A stretch of 63,984 nucleotides of DNA, filler included, from Acidimicrobiia bacterium (lineage in GTDB: Bacteria > Actinomycetota > Acidimicrobiia > Spongiisociales > CAZKJJ01): NCBI GenBank assembly GCA_046759765.1. It is 8 parts of 8 records of this genome, joined end to end, with 100 filler letters (N's around TTAATTAATTAA, not from the genome) between each part and the next. Parts side by side here need not be neighbours in the genome. Positions count along the whole stretch, not along the records: positions 53,018 to 61,624 come from JBHICV010000108.1; positions 61,725 to 63,984 come from JBHICV010000273.1; 6 more parts are not named here. The stretch is one strand, 5' to 3'. The stretch's first letter is position 1; every line of letters starts with the position of its first letter. The notes beneath the pieces were generated by a model. The model saw nothing but the letters and a program-made list of their open reading frames with translations, had not been told where the DNA came from and searched no databases. The translations under genes and the position numbers were made by a program. Of this stretch, positions 60,396-63,984 are shown one piece after another.

Positions 60396-61624
60396 CTACT
60401 CCATCTCGAGGATGTCGACCAGGAAGGCGTAGATGTCGGCAGCCTCGTCGATCACCTTGGAGACCGGCTTGCCTATTCCGTGGCCGGCCCGGCGCTCCGT
60501 GCGCAGCAGGACCAACTGATCGGGCTCGGAGACTTCCTGAAGTGCAGCCGCGAACTTCCAGGCGTGCATCGGAACCACCCGGTCATCGGTCTCCGCGGTC
60601 GTGATGAGGATCGGCGGCCTTCGCGGGTCGGGCTTCACGTTGTGCACCGGGGAGTAGGCATAAAGGAACTCGAAGTGATCGGGATCTTCTTCGGCGTTGC
60701 CGTATTCGGGAATCCAATACCGGCCGGCGGTGAACTGGTGATATCGGAGCATGTCCGCAACCGGAACGGCCGCGACGGCAGCTCCGAACAGCTCCGGTCG
60801 CTGAAGGAGGCTAACCGCCACCAGCAGCCCGCCATTCGAGCCACCGAAGATGGCAAGCCTTTCCGCTGAGGTCCACTTCTCGTCAATCAAGAGTTCCGCC
60901 ACGGCGTAGAAGTCATCAAAGACGCGCTGCTTGTTCTCCAGCATTCCTGCCCGATGCCACTTATCACCGTATTCCCCCCCACCGCGCAGGTTGGCATCGA
61001 CGATGACGCCGCCTCGCTCCAGGAAGGCGATCCGTGACGGTGCGAACAGCGGGGTCAGGCTGATGTCAAAGCCGCCGTACGCATACAGCATGGTGGGGTT
61101 GGTGCCGTCGAGGGAAACATCGCGTTGATGGGTGACGAACATCGGGATCTGGACCCCATCATCAGCAGTCGCGAACAGCTGAGTCACGTCGAAGGCTGCC
61201 TCATCGAAATCGACCTCAGTATGGAAGAAGGGTTCGACGGAAGCCGAGTTCAGGGCGTAGCGCAGGATCGTCGGGGGGTGCAGCTGTGACTGGAAGTTCA
61301 GAAACGCTTCCTCATCGCGCTGTCGCCCGGATAGCTCCGCGACCGAACCGAGGCCCGGCAACCCCACCTCTCCTGTCGGCGAGCCCTCCAAGTCAAACAC
61401 CCGCACTCGATGGCTGGCGTGGTGCATGTAGAGAGCCAGAATCCGGTCGCCGACGATCACCGCCGTCTGCAAAGTGTCGTCACCTTCGGGCACAACGCGC
61501 TCCCAGTTCTCGCGAGCCGGGTCCTCGAGATCGACGGCGATGACCTTGCCCCGATCGGCGTTGAGGTCGGTTAGAAGAAATATTCGGCTCCCGACGTTCC
61601 CTGCCAACTCGTACTTGGCCTCTC
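60396..61624 (-). CDS. Prolyl oligopeptidase (S9A), C-terminal part
   Basis: YGGF, NLRGGGEYG, GGSNGGLL, DDRV, AGHG. Confidence 0.95.
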
Positions 61625-61724
61625 NNNNNNNNNNNNNNNNNNNNNNNNNNNNNNNNNNNNNNNNNNNNTTAATTAATTAANNNNNNNNNNNNNNNNNNNN
61701 NNNNNNNNNNNNNNNNNNNNNNNN
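61625..61724. other. Artificial contig linker
   Basis: N run + TTAATTAATTAA + N run. Confidence 0.99.
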
Positions 61725-62091
61725 GGATGTGGATGGGTACGCCGGCTGCTCGGCGCATCTCCTCGGCGTACCGCTTCACCGACTCCTGCATCCTGAGCGC
61801 GGCGTAGCAGGCCCGCACGGCGTGGTCCTCATGGGCCAGCGGCCCACCGAAGAGGGCCATGATCCCGTCGCCCATCACCTGGTTCACGGTCCCCTCGTAG
61901 CGGTGGACGGCCTCCATCATGCGTTCCAGCACGGGATCAAGGAGCTTCCTCGCCTCCTCAGGGTCGCGGTCGGCCAGGAGCTCCATGGAGCCTTTGAGGT
62001 CGGCGAAGAGCACGGTGACCTGCTTGCGCGAGCGTGTCCGCAAATAGCTGAGGCGCGAAAATACTGGACTTGACAGCCCATGGTCAACCAT
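61725..62091 (-). CDS. Class III adenylate/guanylate cyclase domain, partial (start doubtful)
   Basis: RKQVTVLFADLKGSMELLADRDPEE...MGDGIMALFG.PLAHEDHA. Confidence 0.8.
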
Positions 62092-62136
62092 CTACCCTTT
62101 TCTCAACTTTCTGAGCTACACGAAACGAAGGGGCTT

Positions 62137-63297
62137 ATGGAAAAGAGGCTGCTCGTCACCAGTGCCGGCTCCACCGGAAGCAACAATCTGACCTGGAGCC
62201 TGAGGGCGGGTGATCCGTCGTTTGTCGTCATAGGGTGCAACTCGGATCGGTTTGTCCTCAAGCAGTCGTCGGCGGATCGGAATTACCTGGTTGCTCCTGC
62301 CGACCATCTAGACTTCGCGAATCTGGTGTATCGGACTGTCGAGGCCGAGCACATCGATCTGTTGATCCCCACGTTAGACAGCGATGTGAAGGCGATGTCG
62401 AGGCTTCGCGGGGAGATCCCTTGCCGTCTGTTCCTTCCCGATGAGTCGGTGATCGACCTGTGTCAGGACAAGTACGAGCTCACGGCCTTTCTACGAACCC
62501 GGGGGCTTCCGGCTCCGCTCACGTATACCGTGACCGATCTCGACGGGATCGAAGGGCTGTTTCGTCGACTGGCTCCTCGGAAGCGGCTATGGTGCCGCAT
62601 GCGCCGCGGTACCGGGTCGATGGCGGCGATCCCGGTGAAGAGCCCGGAGCAGGCTCGGAGCTGGATCAGCTACTGGCACGTGATGCGTGGCGTGCCTCCG
62701 ACGTCGTTCACCTTGTCGGAGTACCTTCCGGGACGGGACTTCGCGTGCCAGTGCCTCTGGAAGAACGGCGATCTCGTCCTGATCAAGACCACCGAGCGCC
62801 TGTCCTACTTTTGGGGTGGGAGTACCGTCAGCGGGGCTTCCTCCATCGGCGCCGTGGCGAAGACCGTTTTTGAGCCACGTGTCGTCGATGTCAGCACGGC
62901 GGCCATCCGTGCTCTCGATGAGAGGGTCTCGGGCGCGTTCAGTGTGGACCTCAAGGAAGATGCGAGTGGCGTTCCCTATATCACCGAGATCAACGTTGGC
63001 CGGTTCGTTACGGGCACGCCACTGTTCGATCTCACGGGAAAGCACAACATGGCTTTGACGTATGTCCGGCTAGCGATGGATGAACTTTTGGATATCTCCG
63101 AGCCCTACGATGTGGTCGAGGACTACTATATGGTACGCGACCTCGACTCACTTCCCGGTATCTACCACGCGGACGAGCTCTTCGAGGGAATCGTCGATGC
63201 CGCGTGCTTACCAGCTGTCCTGACCGAACGACAGGAAAGGAGGGAAAGAGATGGGTCAAGCGATCCCGCCCGAGCACATTCACGTGGTGCATGTTGA
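62137..63297 (+). CDS. ATP-grasp protein (carbamoyl-phosphate-synthase-like small family)
   Basis: LLVTSAG, DLLIP, CQDK, LSEYLPG, ITEINVGRF. Confidence 0.85.
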   Translation: MEKRLLVTSAGSTGSNNLTWSLRAGDPSFVVIGCNSDRFVLKQSSADRNYLVAPADHLDFANLVYRTVEAEHIDLLIPTLDSDVKAMSRLRGEIPCRLFLPDESVIDLCQDKYELTAFLRTRGLPAPLTYTVTDLDGIEGLFRRLAPRKRLWCRMRRGTGSMAAIPVKSPEQARSWISYWHVMRGVPPTSFTLSEYLPGRDFACQCLWKNGDLVLIKTTERLSYFWGGSTVSGASSIGAVAKTVFEPRVVDVSTAAIRALDERVSGAFSVDLKEDASGVPYITEINVGRFVTGTPLFDLTGKHNMALTYVRLAMDELLDISEPYDVVEDYYMVRDLDSLPGIYHADELFEGIVDAACLPAVLTERQERRERDGSSDPARAHSRGAC

Positions 63298-63445
63298 GCT
63301 CGATGGTCCTGTGGAGCAGGGCAAGGTCACCGAGTTCAACGACGCTTTGCTGGCGGTTGTCAAGAAGTACGGCGCCCAGGCTCGCTTGTACAGGAAGCGG
63401 CGCCAGGTGAAAGCTGACAAGAACCAATGGGACCAGGGGGATTAA
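63251..63445 (+). CDS. Small hypothetical protein
   Basis: GGAGGG RBS; amphipathic beta-alpha-beta pattern ending KKYGA. Confidence 0.65.
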   Translation: MGQAIPPEHIHVVHVELDGPVEQGKVTEFNDALLAVVKKYGAQARLYRKRRQVKADKNQWDQGD

Positions 63446-63506
63446 GACGATTGTCGAGGATCGTGACGATTCCGCGGATCAAGAGTCCGGTGACGCCGGC
63501 CACTGC

Positions 63507-63635
63507 ATGGAAATAACCGGGCGGCTCACGCGGAGCGCCGCCGAGGCGCTCGAGCTGGAAATACGCCGCCTTGCCAAGCGCTACGGGGCCGAGGTCAAGG
63601 TGCTGCGGATCGAGAGGCGCTCAGAGGACGCCTAG
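63507..63635 (+). CDS. Small hypothetical protein resembling 63251..63445 (absent from ORF track)
   Basis: MEITGRLTRSAAEALELEIRRLAKRYGAEVKVLRIE; start may lie further upstream. Confidence 0.5.
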   Translation: MEITGRLTRSAAEALELEIRRLAKRYGAEVKVLRIERRSEDA

Positions 63636-63699
63636 AAACCTCCTGCTTGGTGGTAGTGGGCCACGAGCGGGTGCATGCCGAGAGTCTCTCTGAATCGGT

Positions 63700-63770
63700 C
63701 TCGGCAGCCCGAGCCGGTAGCCCGCCGAAGAAGCCACCCATCCCGCCTGCGCCGACTACGGCAGCCTGCA
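63700..63770 (-). pseudogene. Remnant of a ketopantoate reductase-like Rossmann N-terminus
   Basis: AAVVGAGGMGGFFGGL.ARA with no continuation. Confidence 0.45.
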
Positions 63771-63784
63771 GGGAGGGACTCCGT

Positions 63785-63984
63785 TCAGGTAATAGAAGCC
63801 AGCTCCGCCTCCGCCCTCTCCAGCCAGAACCCCATGTCCATCTCGCGGTAGAGCGTCGTCGCCGTGGTGAGGTGCTCCTGAGCCTGCTCCTGTTGGCCAA
63901 TCCGCCGGTAGAGCGTGCCTAGGCCGAGGTGGCAGTGGGCGACCAGGGGGCGCATGCCGAGGTCGGTGGCGACGGTGAGGGCTT
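63785..63984 (-). CDS. C-terminal TPR end of a cyclase-AAA-TPR protein (runs off the window)
   Basis: LGMRPLVAHCHLGLG.LY...A..LYREMDM.FWL.RAEAEL. Confidence 0.75.
   Translation of the reverse strand, partial: ALTVATDLGMRPLVAHCHLGLGTLYRRIGQQEQAQEHLTTATTLYREMDMGFWLERAEAELASIT

Noticed and set aside
8945..61724. Seven recurring TTAATTAATTAA motifs at about 8.7-8.9 kb spacing
   Set aside because: They sit inside N runs and are artificial six-frame-stop linkers. ORFs crossing them and cross-linker gene clusters are not real.

Overview
The window is a pseudo-scaffold of eight unrelated contigs, each about 8.6-8.9 kb, joined by 100-nt N/TTAATTAATTAA linkers. The six complete contigs are in decreasing size order, so adjacency across a linker carries no biological meaning. 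Most of the sequence looks like a high-GC actinobacterial, probably Acidimicrobiia-like, genome: rho-rpmE-prfA, an actinobacterial LexA box and many LxAAC lipoproteins. The last contig may come from another organism. The main hidden signal is a selenoproteome that the ORF track splits at in-frame UGA codons. It comprises a Sec-containing SelD (HGAG-U-ACK), a TlpA/Prx-like U-x-C protein, an AhpD-like C-x-x-U protein, a CcdA/DsbD-like protein with Sec at its second catalytic Cys, and a rhodanese-CBS protein with two UGAs (U-x4-U). Each UGA site is followed by a SECIS-like hairpin. Two of these selenoproteins lie in a metal-resistance island on contig 2. That island also carries two MerB-like lyases, MerR and ArsR regulators with visible operators, tandem Cox11-like CxC lipoproteins and tandem cytochromes c, and is a candidate undescribed selenium-dependent organomercury/metal-handling system. 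Other notable items are a circularly permuted family-5 ABC binding protein, an EamA transporter-cyclase fusion, archaeal-type cpgS and GAPDH-II-like genes, a dispersed 49-50 bp palindrome family and several gene remnants. All product calls rest on motif recognition by eye; no searches were run.
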